This document shows positions 25,866 to 36,465 of a stretch of 64,000 nt of DNA, piece after piece (within the stretch, counting starts at the first letter, position 1; each line of letters starts with the position of its first letter). Below the pieces are notes generated by a model. That model was not told where the DNA came from. It was given only the letters and a program-made list of their open reading frames with translations, and searched no databases. A program made the translations under genes and the position numbers. This DNA comes from a virus. The stretch covers positions 1 to 64,000 of IMG/VR virus record IMGVR_UViG_3300037502_002391; one strand, given 5' to 3'.

Positions 25866-28184
25866 TTAAATCAAAACTTTTGACACATTATTTTTCTTTT
25901 CAACAATTATTTTTGATTCACCCCAATTACTAATTAGGGGGTTATGCGAAATTAACAATATTTTCTCAAAATAACTCTTTAATCTGATAAAAAATTCTCC
26001 CATCATATCCAGGCTTTCATTTGACACCTTTCCAAATACTTCATCAGCCACCCATATATTTGGTTTTGGCAATGAACATACTTTGCTTAAAACTGCTCTT
26101 AATGCCAATGAAGCAACTGTCTTTTCATAACCAGATCCTGTTGTCATTAGTTTCTCAACACCTGTGTTATTATCAATCATAACAAATTCAACTTCATTCT
26201 TATCATTTACCCTAACATCAAGGGTAAAATAACACACATCTAATAACAATCTTTGCAATTCAGAGTTTATGACTGGAAGCATAGTTTTCATAATCATTTT
26301 TGATATTCCATTTTTACCAAATAGTTCAAGATATATCTTGTATTTTTTCTCTTCATCTTGTTCTTTATATATAGTATCAATAATGTTTATATTTTTATCT
26401 TTCTTATCTTTATAATTTGAAATTTTAATTTCAATGCTATTTATTTCTTTTGTTAATTTATTTTTCTCATATAGCAATTCATCAATTTTACTATTTGCCT
26501 TTATGATTAAAGCATCTATCTGATTATTCTTTTTTATTTTCTCTTGAACTTCCAAATAATTTTTCATCTTGGTTTCTAATTGGTTTAGTTTAAGCATATT
26601 GCCTTCCAAGGACAATTGATGTTTCTTAATAACCAATTTATTCTTTTCATAAGCATCAAATTCTTTTTTTAATTTATTAAAATTATCATTCTTTGCTTCA
26701 AGTTCAATTAAATTATTTGAGATAGTGTTGTAATTATTCTTGTGTTCTTCCAGGGATTCAATCTTAGCCTTTGTGAATTCTGCATCAATTAAATTAAGAC
26801 CACAATGTTCGCATTGTACACCATTTCCATATGTCTGGATTAATTTTGTAATTTCATCCACTTTGGATTTTGCCATTTGCTTTTCCAATTTGGTTTCCAT
26901 TATATCATCCTTCAAATTATCATGCTCATCTTCTTCATAGAAAGTTGTTGGCTTCTCATTTGAAATGGAATTTATCAATTCATTTAGTTTGATATTATTA
27001 ATATTCACAGCCTCAATGTCCTTCTCCAACGATTCTTTATTCACAATCAAAAGTTCTTTATCAATATCAGAATGTTTTGATGTGTACAATTCATTCTTAT
27101 ATTGATTTCCCTTTGCTAATCTTTCATCATAATCCTTAACTTCAATGGTTAATTTATCAAGATTAATTTCCAATTCATTGATTTCTTCTTCCAATGATAT
27201 ATTCTCAGCTTTTAATTTCTCAACATTATAAACATTTGAGAACATTCGTTTTGAAAACTCTTGATAAACTTCTTTGCCAAAATCTTCTTTCTTCTTCAAG
27301 TGCTCCAAACCTAGGAAACGACCCAATAATTGACCCCTTGCTGTGGGTTTTGATTCCAATAAATCTTCAAGATTATTTCCAGTTGTTAAAATGGTGGCCA
27401 AGAAATCATCCATATTACCAATGGTATTCTTAATGAATATTTCTGTTTCCCTTCTTTGTTCACCCTTTAGATTCTGCAGTTCCCCATTCTTTAATTTCTT
27501 ATCAAATGATAATTCTGTCTTCACCTTCCATTCACCACTCTTGCTCATCTTTCTCTCCATATTCCTAGATATAACATATTCCTCACCATCAATAAGGATG
27601 TATCCAGTAACAGAAACGTGATCCTTGCTTGTAAATTTGTTAAAAATATCCTCTGCCTTGTTACTCTTGGTTGTGGTGTTAAAGAATAGAAATAACAACA
27701 AATCAATTGTTAGAGTTGTCTTACCCCCAGTATTCTGTGGGGTTGATTCAACAATGGTGATACCATTTAACTTATCAAAATCCAATTCTTGATTTTCACC
27801 AAATGAAAGAAAATTGCTAAAATTAATCTTTTTTATATACCACTTATTGAATTGAGTTGGTTCTTGGTTTTCTAAAACCAATTTATTCTCCACAACCTTA
27901 TTTATTTCCATAATCTTATCATAAAAATCAGAATTGCCATTTGTGTCAAGCAAATTCTTTATGAGTTTGTTCTGGTAATTAATATCCATTATGTTTGATG
28001 AAACATCAACAGATTGCAATACTTTATCCTCATATTTGACTTTTGTGATTACATTAACACTAGATGTTCCATACTTTTTTGCAAAGTATTGACGGACATC
28101 CTTAATTTTATCTTGTGTTATATTTTCAGGATAATCCTCCCAAATAACTCTTATGTTTGGATTTTTCCATAGTTGTTCTTCCAT
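25866..28184 (-). CDS. sbcC: SbcC/Rad50 (gp46-like) ATPase
   Basis: NFLSFG, Walker A NTGGKTT, coiled coil with CEHC zinc hook, signature GSGYE, Walker B VADE, ISH. Confidence 0.9.
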   Translation of the reverse strand: MEEQLWKNPNIRVIWEDYPENITQDKIKDVRQYFAKKYGTSSVNVITKVKYEDKVLQSVDVSSNIMDINYQNKLIKNLLDTNGNSDFYDKIMEINKVVENKLVLENQEPTQFNKWYIKKINFSNFLSFGENQELDFDKLNGITIVESTPQNTGGKTTLTIDLLLFLFFNTTTKSNKAEDIFNKFTSKDHVSVTGYILIDGEEYVISRNMERKMSKSGEWKVKTELSFDKKLKNGELQNLKGEQRRETEIFIKNTIGNMDDFLATILTTGNNLEDLLESKPTARGQLLGRFLGLEHLKKKEDFGKEVYQEFSKRMFSNVYNVEKLKAENISLEEEINELEINLDKLTIEVKDYDERLAKGNQYKNELYTSKHSDIDKELLIVNKESLEKDIEAVNINNIKLNELINSISNEKPTTFYEEDEHDNLKDDIMETKLEKQMAKSKVDEITKLIQTYGNGVQCEHCGLNLIDAEFTKAKIESLEEHKNNYNTISNNLIELEAKNDNFNKLKKEFDAYEKNKLVIKKHQLSLEGNMLKLNQLETKMKNYLEVQEKIKKNNQIDALIIKANSKIDELLYEKNKLTKEINSIEIKISNYKDKKDKNINIIDTIYKEQDEEKKYKIYLELFGKNGISKMIMKTMLPVINSELQRLLLDVCYFTLDVRVNDKNEVEFVMIDNNTGVEKLMTTGSGYEKTVASLALRAVLSKVCSLPKPNIWVADEVFGKVSNESLDMMGEFFIRLKSYFEKILLISHNPLISNWGESKIIVEKKNNVSKVLI

Positions 28185-28186
28185 TT

Positions 28187-28525
28187 TTAATTTTGTTTAT
28201 TTTCATATGATTCAATTATGGCATTTATTGCCCAAACAATTCCAGATGAGAAAATCCCATCAAAAAACCAAGATATCTCAAAACACAAAGAAAGATAAGT
28301 ATTTGTTGGGGAATATATGAATAACCCCAAGAAAAATCCACCCCAAGTGCTAAAACACATTGGACAAGATATAATTCCATAAATGAATTTGAAAGCTGGG
28401 GATATAAGCAATATATCTTTCTTCCCAACATCATTTATAAAATTTCTAAATCCTGAAAAAATTGATCCATAAACCATTATATTCATAAGACCATAACTTA
28501 AAAAAGCCCAAATTAAAATATCCAT
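28187..28525 (-). CDS. DUF1360-like membrane protein
   Basis: Hydrophobic; ISCPMCFSTW motif. Confidence 0.65.
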   Translation of the reverse strand: MDILIWAFLSYGLMNIMVYGSIFSGFRNFINDVGKKDILLISPAFKFIYGIISCPMCFSTWGGFFLGLFIYSPTNTYLSLCFEISWFFDGIFSSGIVWAINAIIESYENKQN

Positions 28526-28526
28526 A

Positions 28527-29117
28527 TTATCTAATTTTTATATTTGATGTTCTATGAAACCTAGTAGGTTGTGCTGTCATTTCAGCAAATAATCTACGAT
28601 AGTCTTCTATAATCTTATTCTTATTTCTCAAATCTTCACTTACCAAATTTAATGTCATTTTTACATCACTAAGTTCATTTTCCAATTCTGTATTATCCCC
28701 AGGCACTTCTTTAATAACAAAAACTTCTTTTACTATTGGAACTTCCTTAATAACCTCAACCTCTTTTATTTCAACCCTAACTTCCCCAGTTTGAACCTCT
28801 TTAATAATTTCCTTGTATATGGGAACTTCTTTAGTGACCTCAACAATTTTCTCAACAACTCTATCAACTGGAACTTCTACAATCTTTTCCACAATTCTAT
28901 CAACTGGAACTTCCACAATTTTCTCTACCTCCTTAATAACCTCAACTGTGCTAGTTCTTAAATTACTATCATCACCCAACATTCCATATTTCTCAACATA
29001 GAACCCTGATTTTAAACATTTTGATGTAAATTCATCAATGTTGGAAATATTGTTTTTCTCACAATATCTTATGATGTCAACAAAAAAAGCATCATCAGTA
29101 ATTATTTGTGTTTTCAT
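28527..29117 (-). CDS. Protein with VEKIVEVPV repeats and a coiled coil
   Basis: EVEKIVEVPVDRIVEKIVEVPVDRVVEKIVEV. Confidence 0.75.
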   Translation of the reverse strand: MKTQIITDDAFFVDIIRYCEKNNISNIDEFTSKCLKSGFYVEKYGMLGDDSNLRTSTVEVIKEVEKIVEVPVDRIVEKIVEVPVDRVVEKIVEVTKEVPIYKEIIKEVQTGEVRVEIKEVEVIKEVPIVKEVFVIKEVPGDNTELENELSDVKMTLNLVSEDLRNKNKIIEDYRRLFAEMTAQPTRFHRTSNIKIR

Positions 29118-29122
29118 TTGTT

Positions 29123-29908
29123 TTATTTGTTTGTTAAATTTTCATTATTATTTTTAATATCATCATATGAATTTATCTTAAAACTCAAAAATGGAGTTGG
29201 ATTTGGTAAATCAACAAATTCATAATTATTATCATTAATTGTATAAACACCATAACCATGATTTGATATGCTCTCTCCAAAATTCTGTTGTATAAAACTA
29301 CCAATCATTATTGCTAATTTATTATCTGGTATATCAAAAATGGCTCTCTTATGTATATCACCACAAAAAACAACATCACAACCATTAAAAATATTTGAAT
29401 CAAACCCATCCTCTATGGTATGACCAATATCTGTCTTTAAACCCTTAACTGCACCATGAAATAAACCCACATTAACTATACCCTCACTCTTCTTTGGGAT
29501 GTCTGGGGGGATGTTATGCTGCATTAGTGAATATACACACCAGTTAACATTTTCATCAGCATACACCCCCCGCTCCTTCAAATAACTAATTTTTGGATTT
29601 TTTATTGAATCTACAATAGGTGTAATAGCATCTAATCTATCCATATTTGTTTCCAAGAAATCATGATTGCCAATTATAACAATGGTCTTACTAATCTTTG
29701 CACATTCCTCAAGAACCCAAACAACAAACTCAACAAGTTCTGGGGTCATCTGATTCTTGCTATGCACCAAATCTCCTGTGAAAACAATTCTATCCGGTTT
29801 TAGTTCAACCCACTGTGCAAATGCTTCAGATAATATTTCCCTAAACAAATCATGATCCTTATACAATCGTATATGCAAATCAGAGAAATGAACAATTTTA
29901 TTTATCAT
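29123..29908 (-). CDS. sbcD: SbcD/Mre11 (gp47-like) nuclease
   Basis: SDLH, TGDLVH, GNHD, FHG, GDIH and GS..QQNFGE motifs; start moved to MINKIVH. Confidence 0.85.
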   Translation of the reverse strand: MINKIVHFSDLHIRLYKDHDLFREILSEAFAQWVELKPDRIVFTGDLVHSKNQMTPELVEFVVWVLEECAKISKTIVIIGNHDFLETNMDRLDAITPIVDSIKNPKISYLKERGVYADENVNWCVYSLMQHNIPPDIPKKSEGIVNVGLFHGAVKGLKTDIGHTIEDGFDSNIFNGCDVVFCGDIHKRAIFDIPDNKLAIMIGSFIQQNFGESISNHGYGVYTINDNNYEFVDLPNPTPFLSFKINSYDDIKNNNENLTNK

Positions 29909-29956
29909 ATTATTTTTTTTATAAGTATAGATAAATAAAATCATTCTATCAATACG

Positions 29957-30757
29957 TTACCACACTTTAATTCTGCTAAAATACCCAAATAAAGGATCAT
30001 TATCTGATTTTTTGAATGTTGCAGTAGCAGTAATTTCCTCACCAAGTCCAATAAGACTACCTACATTACCATAGGCCTTCCATTTGCCTTCAACATTCTC
30101 AATCAATAACTTATATTTAACTGAATGATTATAGGAGTCAACAATACCTTTGCAGGAAAGAACTTTAAATACACCCTTAAATCTACCTACAACAACCTCA
30201 TTTGCAACTAATTCTAATTGTCTCCTTCTTTCTGCTAATACTTTAACAAATTCTATCTGTTTTTCTGAAATTTTACCTGAACTATAGAACTTACTTGCAA
30301 TCTCTCTAATTTTATTATCATTAACAGATAATGTCTCCTCCAAATTTTCATTAGCAGCCAATATATTGGCTATTTGAATTTGCTTCAACCTTCTCTTACG
30401 TTGAATCATTGTTTGTTTAGTAACACCTTCAACATCAAATGTATATTTCATAATGTTGTTGGTGCAGTCAAACCCAACATAAATCAAATTAGATGTTTCT
30501 TTATCCAAGAAGAATGAACCCCTCTTTATACTGTGATTACAGCAAGAACATTTGTTACCATTTGGATTAAAATTAGCCATCCATTCTTTTGGATTATCCA
30601 CACCAATCTTGTCAAAATCAACCTCAAACTCTGTTTCAGTAACATAACCATCTACAGCATCTGGCACTCTAAATGAAGTGTAATACCCCACGTAAGTGAA
30701 GTTTTCAGGCTTAATTCCTTGTCCTACATATTTGAATTGGTTGGTGGTGGTTGTCAT
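29957..30757 (-). CDS. Hypothetical early protein (Zn-finger-like CxxCxH/C, possible OB-like C-terminus)
   Basis: Start moved to MTTTTNQ; KCSCCNH...GFDC; behind a host-type promoter. Confidence 0.7.
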   Translation of the reverse strand: MTTTTNQFKYVGQGIKPENFTYVGYYTSFRVPDAVDGYVTETEFEVDFDKIGVDNPKEWMANFNPNGNKCSCCNHSIKRGSFFLDKETSNLIYVGFDCTNNIMKYTFDVEGVTKQTMIQRKRRLKQIQIANILAANENLEETLSVNDNKIREIASKFYSSGKISEKQIEFVKVLAERRRQLELVANEVVVGRFKGVFKVLSCKGIVDSYNHSVKYKLLIENVEGKWKAYGNVGSLIGLGEEITATATFKKSDNDPLFGYFSRIKVW

Positions 30758-30781
30758 ATTGTTTTTGTTTTTATTGGATTG

Positions 30782-30813
30782 CAAAGATAAGAACTATATT
30801 CTAATAAAACAAA
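30782..30813 (-). promoter_or_regulatory. Bacteroidota primary-sigma promoter
   Basis: TTTG-N20-TATCTTTG. Confidence 0.85.
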
Positions 30814-30834
30814 CTTCTGTGAAAATATTTCTAA

Positions 30835-31659
30835 CTATATTTCCAAATCAAAAACAATATTAGTAAACTCCTTTGGCACACGGTATTCAACAAAACCCCC
30901 ATCTTTCTTTAGGTGACAAACAATGCAACCATATAGTCTAATTGCCCCATATTTTGATTGTGAGAGCATTTTAAGTAACAACCTAGCATAGAGTGGCAAC
31001 TGGATATAATAATGCTCCAGGGCTGTGCTATTGTATTTTTCAAAGGGTTCAAACATCTTTTCTGTGAAGTCATTTGATTGGAAACTTTTATCCTTATTTG
31101 TTTTCCAGTCTGTGATAATAATACCAAAATCAGATTTATCTTTATTGGGTATTAACCATACCTTATCTGGTTGGCCAACATACCCAAGTTCAGGATCCCC
31201 AAGAACCATTTCTGTATCAAGAAGAACTGCACCTCTTTCCTTCATAAGATTGATGTATTGAATCCCTGATTGAATCATTCTCTCTGAAACAATCTTCTGT
31301 GACATATCGCATTCAAAAATTGGTTCTCTAACATCTTTGTAATCACCATAAGATTCAATTAATTTTTTTTCCAAAAAATAATGAACTCTTGAACCCAAGT
31401 TTGCTGCATAATTTGCTGAATCACTCCATTCCTTTAAAAAAGCATTGGCTTTCTTCTCATCCCCCTTTGCTTTTCTATAAGCAATCTCTTCACCTGGAAA
31501 TTCCTTATAATATTTTTTAATTATTTTTGAAACAGATGGATAATCACTTCTCCCATTCATATGATATATATGATCCTCCTCAATAAAACTTAAATTTAAT
31601 TCTTTCTGTCTTTCATTAATTATATTCCTAATATCTTTTGCAATTTCTTCCAAATTCAT
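30835..31659 (-). CDS. PD-(D/E)xK exonuclease
   Basis: SVS, GSRVH, GQPD, DWKT and QLxLY motifs; start moved to MNLEEI. Confidence 0.85.
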   Translation of the reverse strand: MNLEEIAKDIRNIINERQKELNLSFIEEDHIYHMNGRSDYPSVSKIIKKYYKEFPGEEIAYRKAKGDEKKANAFLKEWSDSANYAANLGSRVHYFLEKKLIESYGDYKDVREPIFECDMSQKIVSERMIQSGIQYINLMKERGAVLLDTEMVLGDPELGYVGQPDKVWLIPNKDKSDFGIIITDWKTNKDKSFQSNDFTEKMFEPFEKYNSTALEHYYIQLPLYARLLLKMLSQSKYGAIRLYGCIVCHLKKDGGFVEYRVPKEFTNIVFDLEI

Positions 31660-31660
31660 T

Positions 31661-32569
31661 TCACTTAATTTTAACATAATATTTATCAATCTCCCCCTTC
31701 AACTCACAAACATCTTTATCATAAGGGAGTTTGACCATCTTAATTCTATCATATAGTTTTCCACCATTTAACTCATTATACAATTTTAAAGAATCTTTAT
31801 AAGCATCACCATCTAAACAAATGATAATGTCTTTCTCTGCCTTATCATACAATAAATTAAATAACTTAATGCTAAGATGCTTACCAAGTAGGGGAATTGG
31901 ATTTGGTAAAAATATACTATCAAATACCCCTTCTGTCAAATATACATCCTGTGACCAATCAATTAAATGTTCATTAAATATTATATCTTCTTTGGGGGCT
32001 GTTGCATTTTTATATTTAATCTTTCTCTTTACCCAACTTCTCCCCAAAAAATAATTCAACTCCCCATCCTTATCATAAGATGGAATAATAATTCTATTGG
32101 CAAAATCCCCCTTTATAGTATAACCCATATTATATCTATGAATCATATCATCTGTAATCCCTCTACTCAAAAGATAATTATAAGCCTCATTTCTTGGAAT
32201 ATGCAACTTGTTTGAATCCTTAAATGCAATAAATCCTTCTGGCAATTTTAACTTTGGATAAAAAACATCATTAACCTTTAAATCATCAGGTTTAATAAGG
32301 TCATATAATTTCTTCTGTTTCTTTGTGCCAAAAACATCAAATAGTTTACCAAGGGGACCATGTGTTTTATCATTATCCTCACCACAACTCCAACAATGAT
32401 ATAAATGCTTGGTTAATGAAACCTCAAAATTACCCTTGTTTTGATCCTCATCACACATTGGGCAATTATACAAATACTGGTGTTTTGATTCATATGATTT
32501 GATTGGCTTACCAATCACATCACTAATCAAGTCCAATATTACTTCAATCTCTTTATTTTTATTCTCCAT
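31661..32569 (-). CDS. DNA primase (Zn finger + TOPRIM)
   Basis: CPMC...HCWSC, YLLSRGI, RIIIP, TEGVFD, LDGD; variant promoter TTTG-N20-TATAATTG at 32574-32605. Confidence 0.9.
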   Translation of the reverse strand: MENKNKEIEVILDLISDVIGKPIKSYESKHQYLYNCPMCDEDQNKGNFEVSLTKHLYHCWSCGEDNDKTHGPLGKLFDVFGTKKQKKLYDLIKPDDLKVNDVFYPKLKLPEGFIAFKDSNKLHIPRNEAYNYLLSRGITDDMIHRYNMGYTIKGDFANRIIIPSYDKDGELNYFLGRSWVKRKIKYKNATAPKEDIIFNEHLIDWSQDVYLTEGVFDSIFLPNPIPLLGKHLSIKLFNLLYDKAEKDIIICLDGDAYKDSLKLYNELNGGKLYDRIKMVKLPYDKDVCELKGEIDKYYVKIK

Positions 32570-32597
32570 TTTGCAATTATATATAATAAATTGCAAA

Positions 32598-33197
32598 TTA
32601 CCAAATTTCTTTCATCTTCATATAACCAAGAACAGCAGTATAAGCATCTGTTTGGTCAAAATTTTCTTTTTTTAATTTTCCATTTTTTGTATAATGCCAA
32701 GAAATCTGTGGTTCTTTCTTTGAAACTAATTCCCATATTAGATTTTTCTTATCCACATTCTTATCATACCCACCAAAAAGAACATCCTTGCCTTTCTCAT
32801 TCTTATTTATTAATTCAGGATATGCAAATTTTCTTGAATTATATGTTGATATGAATTCTGGAATAATATTTAGGACATCAAAAACCTCTTTACAAACCAA
32901 AGTATTAAATCTCATCAAAACACCAACTGTATTTACATTGTTAGATGTAAGTAAGGGTTCTTCAATAATAACTTTTGTTATCCCTATGTTTTTATATTCT
33001 TCAAGTTTTAATTTGAAAAGATTTGATTTTATGATTAATTCTTGTATTTTAGAACCAATTTCAGATTTTGGGATTGGGGATAAATGTGTTAATTCCAACA
33101 AATGTTCTGAATTAATATCAAACAATGCAATCCCAATTGTTTTTGTTGAAACATCCAACCCCAAAACTTTGGGGGAATTAATATCTATTTTATTCAT
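32598..33197 (-). CDS. RuvC-like Holliday junction resolvase
   Basis: LGLDVST, IIEEP and DQTDAY acidic motifs. Confidence 0.8.
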   Translation of the reverse strand: MNKIDINSPKVLGLDVSTKTIGIALFDINSEHLLELTHLSPIPKSEIGSKIQELIIKSNLFKLKLEEYKNIGITKVIIEEPLLTSNNVNTVGVLMRFNTLVCKEVFDVLNIIPEFISTYNSRKFAYPELINKNEKGKDVLFGGYDKNVDKKNLIWELVSKKEPQISWHYTKNGKLKKENFDQTDAYTAVLGYMKMKEIW

Positions 33198-33199
33198 AA

Positions 33200-35386
33200 T
33201 TAGAAATCCAAACTTATATTATATTGTTGTGTACCTTCTCTTAATTTAGGTTCATTAACTTTAGATATAACCATAAGTTCTTTGTTTGAATTGTAAAGTC
33301 CAATTTCTGTTATATACTTAGATCCACTTGAATAGGTTGGGTTTGTGGACGTTTTAAATTGTGTATCAACCAAATTGATAGCATACCTCATATCATATAT
33401 TGTTGCCACAATACCTGTTTGAATATTACCATAGAAGAAATATTCATCACCAAAGTTTAGTTTTGTTGGTTCATCTTGACCTGGCAAATCAATAAAATTA
33501 TTTAAGTTGTATGTTGTTGCTCCAGTATAATTTGATTCAGTAATAACAAATGTTGTTTTTGTCAATGCTGAAGCTGGAATATAACCATTTATCTTTTTTG
33601 ATTCAATTTGGCTTGTAAAATCAATAATTTTCCAATTATCTGGTGTTGGCAATGTGCCTGTGTTTGTCCTTTGTGTTACAATCTTAAATTGATTTGCTGA
33701 AAACCCAGATAAACTATTATCAACAAATAAGAATGGAAATTCATCACCAAACTTAACTGCAACATTCTGTGCTGTGCTTGTACATCCTGAATTTGGTCCA
33801 ATAATTTTTTGATAATAATTACAATGTAGTGAATTGGTATAACCTGTTGAATCCAAACGATATGACACCCATAAAGTTTGGCTATCACCTGTTAAAACAC
33901 CAACATCATCAGAGACATCAGCATCAAATAAATTTGGTGTTATAAGACTAACTTCTGGTGCTGGTAATGTCCAATTTCTATTTGACTTATAGGATAATGC
34001 TGCAATGATTTCATCATCATCAATAACAACAATCTGGTTATCAGGAAATACTCTACCAACTCTATTTACTTTTCCTTTGCTATTTATATTATCATCCCAT
34101 AAATTGAAGAACCTAATCCCAGGTTGATTCATATCCTGGTTCTTTGTTGATTTTATAAAATATGGAATACATATGCCTTCTTTGTTTGGTGGATCCACAT
34201 AGAAAGTTTGACCAATTGTTCCACCTGATTTTTTATGCCACATCAATGTTGGAATTCTTAATTTAAAATCCCTTGCATTGTATCCTGAAATATTTGGGTT
34301 ACTTGCACTATATGGATTCATTGCAAACTTCTCTCCATATACATTATCTATAGATTGATTTGTATAATGAATAATAGCAATTGCTTTTTGTTCTTTTGAT
34401 GGAACAACAATTTTATTTAATCTTGAATCATAATAATAAACATAACCATCAACATCATCTATTGTTTGCCCAGAAATAGAATAAAGATATTCCTTTGTTC
34501 CAAGATATGATTGTGATCCATATTTTGTATAATCCTCAAATGTTGTTGTTCCTGTGACTCCAGCCACAGTCTGTGACCAAGGTATATTCATATTCCATAT
34601 TCTTGTATCTTGTGTTGCAGATGTGTCACATATGCTCTCATAATTAAAAACATCATTTGACCAGTTTGGATTTGGTGTTACACTATCATATAATGCTGTC
34701 ATCCCTGATGGATATATGATACACCTTGCCAACTCACTCCCACTTGTTTTTGCTGAATATACCGGAAGATTTCTATCCAACCCAATCGTATAACTTCCAC
34801 TTGCTCCTGATGTGGATGATTCAATCTTATATATAAGATTGGGAAATGAATTTCTTATACTTCCACAATCACCAATCCCATCATATATAATAGAAACAAA
34901 ATCACCAACTTTTGGTACTCCTGCTGTTGCTGAACAACTATTTGCAGACATCACCAAACTTGTCTGACCTGTGATTCCAGACATAATTGCAACATAATTT
35001 GATGAAACTGTATATGCTGAACTTGTTTGTGCTGACCATATTGTTGCTCCACTAACAAATAAACCCTTATCTGCTGCCAAGTTATAAAATTCTTCAACAA
35101 CAGATTCATTGAATGGAATTCCATAAGTTGTTCCACTTGTCCCTGCCAAATAATATGGATACTTTATATTTTGTTTGTTTACATTTAAATTTGAACTATC
35201 ATTGTGAGCACAAAATGCAGGCATTAATATATTATTTGATGCAATACTTAATCCTGAATAATCAATTTCTGAATCCCCAACTTGAAAATATGCTATATTG
35301 AACTGCCCCTTAGATATTGCCCTTCTACCAACATCAGTTATCCTTGTGTTCAATATTCCTGATGTGTTCTTTATTATGTAACCCAT
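33200..35386 (-). CDS. Virion structural protein (tail/baseplate-associated)
   Basis: RITDVGR..I...F.VGDSEIDY at the N-terminus; YITEIGLYN..ELMVISK at the C-terminus (tail-collar-like); rich in [ST]GxT. Confidence 0.7.
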   Translation of the reverse strand: MGYIIKNTSGILNTRITDVGRRAISKGQFNIAYFQVGDSEIDYSGLSIASNNILMPAFCAHNDSSNLNVNKQNIKYPYYLAGTSGTTYGIPFNESVVEEFYNLAADKGLFVSGATIWSAQTSSAYTVSSNYVAIMSGITGQTSLVMSANSCSATAGVPKVGDFVSIIYDGIGDCGSIRNSFPNLIYKIESSTSGASGSYTIGLDRNLPVYSAKTSGSELARCIIYPSGMTALYDSVTPNPNWSNDVFNYESICDTSATQDTRIWNMNIPWSQTVAGVTGTTTFEDYTKYGSQSYLGTKEYLYSISGQTIDDVDGYVYYYDSRLNKIVVPSKEQKAIAIIHYTNQSIDNVYGEKFAMNPYSASNPNISGYNARDFKLRIPTLMWHKKSGGTIGQTFYVDPPNKEGICIPYFIKSTKNQDMNQPGIRFFNLWDDNINSKGKVNRVGRVFPDNQIVVIDDDEIIAALSYKSNRNWTLPAPEVSLITPNLFDADVSDDVGVLTGDSQTLWVSYRLDSTGYTNSLHCNYYQKIIGPNSGCTSTAQNVAVKFGDEFPFLFVDNSLSGFSANQFKIVTQRTNTGTLPTPDNWKIIDFTSQIESKKINGYIPASALTKTTFVITESNYTGATTYNLNNFIDLPGQDEPTKLNFGDEYFFYGNIQTGIVATIYDMRYAINLVDTQFKTSTNPTYSSGSKYITEIGLYNSNKELMVISKVNEPKLREGTQQYNISLDF

Positions 35387-35404
35387 TATTCTTTTTATAT
35401 ATAA

Positions 35405-36463
35405 TTATCTGATATGTGAATTTATTCCAGCATTGCTATCAGAATTATATATCAATTCACAACATTTACATGTATTTATTGCTGCTGAAATAATTCTTAT
35501 TAGATTTTTTTGCTCAATTTTAGTAGAACATCCATTTGAATTAGTTTGCAAATCAATATTATTGATTATTGATGTTGTAACACCTGTCAATGTATCCCCA
35601 CTGATTAGTGTTGTGTTATATGTCAAAGCAGTATATGAACCAATATTTAGACTTGGTGAACAATAAGGTCTTGATTCATTTTTTGTTGTAACACTAGTTG
35701 TTGTAGGTGTTAATCCTGAAGTATTTTTATATACTGATATTGTATTTAGTGTTGATGCTGATCCAGGTTGTGATGTTATTGTCTGCAAATTTGCATTCAA
35801 TCCAATTGTTAACACATCCCCTGTTTTAAGTGGGGGATCAATAGTCAAATTCCAGGTTGTTTGAATTGTATCATTGGATATATTTGTTTGTGATATATTC
35901 TCAAGATTTAAAGCATATTGGTTTACTGTGCCATCAAATTCAACTGAAAATATTTTTGATGTTGTTACAGATGTATTTGCTGATGCAATAATATTATAAT
36001 CACCTCCACATAAATTGCTAAATATTGGATTTGGTGTATATGTAACTCCATTATTTATGGAATACAAATATGGCTTTGTTTGCCCCTTGGCATTGGCCAC
36101 AATGATACCATCACAATTTGATGAGCAAGTATTGTTTGTTACGGTTGCATTCAATACAAGGGGTGTATATGCCCCACAAGTGCCTGATGTAACAATCACC
36201 TCATTCTTGGGGATTTTGCCAATCAATTTCCAGTTTGATATTGGAAAATCTGTTTCAGTTTGACTTCTTAATGCTGAATTTGTTGTTCCTGTCCAATTTG
36301 TAATTTCCCAATATGTATTCCCTGAATTCCATTGCATATTCATTGCATTAGCAGAATTCACCCAATATGGTTTTCCATTTGTTGTACCACTATGAACAAA
36401 GTTATAAGGCCCCAATTCATCATTTTCAAAAAAAATACTCAAACATAAATCACTAACTGCCAT
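35405..36463 (-). CDS. Structural protein with an SprB-like repeat
   Basis: TCSSNCDGII...PYLYSINNG...FSNLCGGDY. Confidence 0.65.
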   Translation of the reverse strand: MAVSDLCLSIFFENDELGPYNFVHSGTTNGKPYWVNSANAMNMQWNSGNTYWEITNWTGTTNSALRSQTETDFPISNWKLIGKIPKNEVIVTSGTCGAYTPLVLNATVTNNTCSSNCDGIIVANAKGQTKPYLYSINNGVTYTPNPIFSNLCGGDYNIIASANTSVTTSKIFSVEFDGTVNQYALNLENISQTNISNDTIQTTWNLTIDPPLKTGDVLTIGLNANLQTITSQPGSASTLNTISVYKNTSGLTPTTTSVTTKNESRPYCSPSLNIGSYTALTYNTTLISGDTLTGVTTSIINNIDLQTNSNGCSTKIEQKNLIRIISAAINTCKCCELIYNSDSNAGINSHIR

Positions 36464-36465
36464 AA

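Noticed and set aside
30835-31659. Cas4 call
   Set aside because: No Fe-S Cys cluster pattern and no CRISPR context; generic PD-(D/E)xK exonuclease
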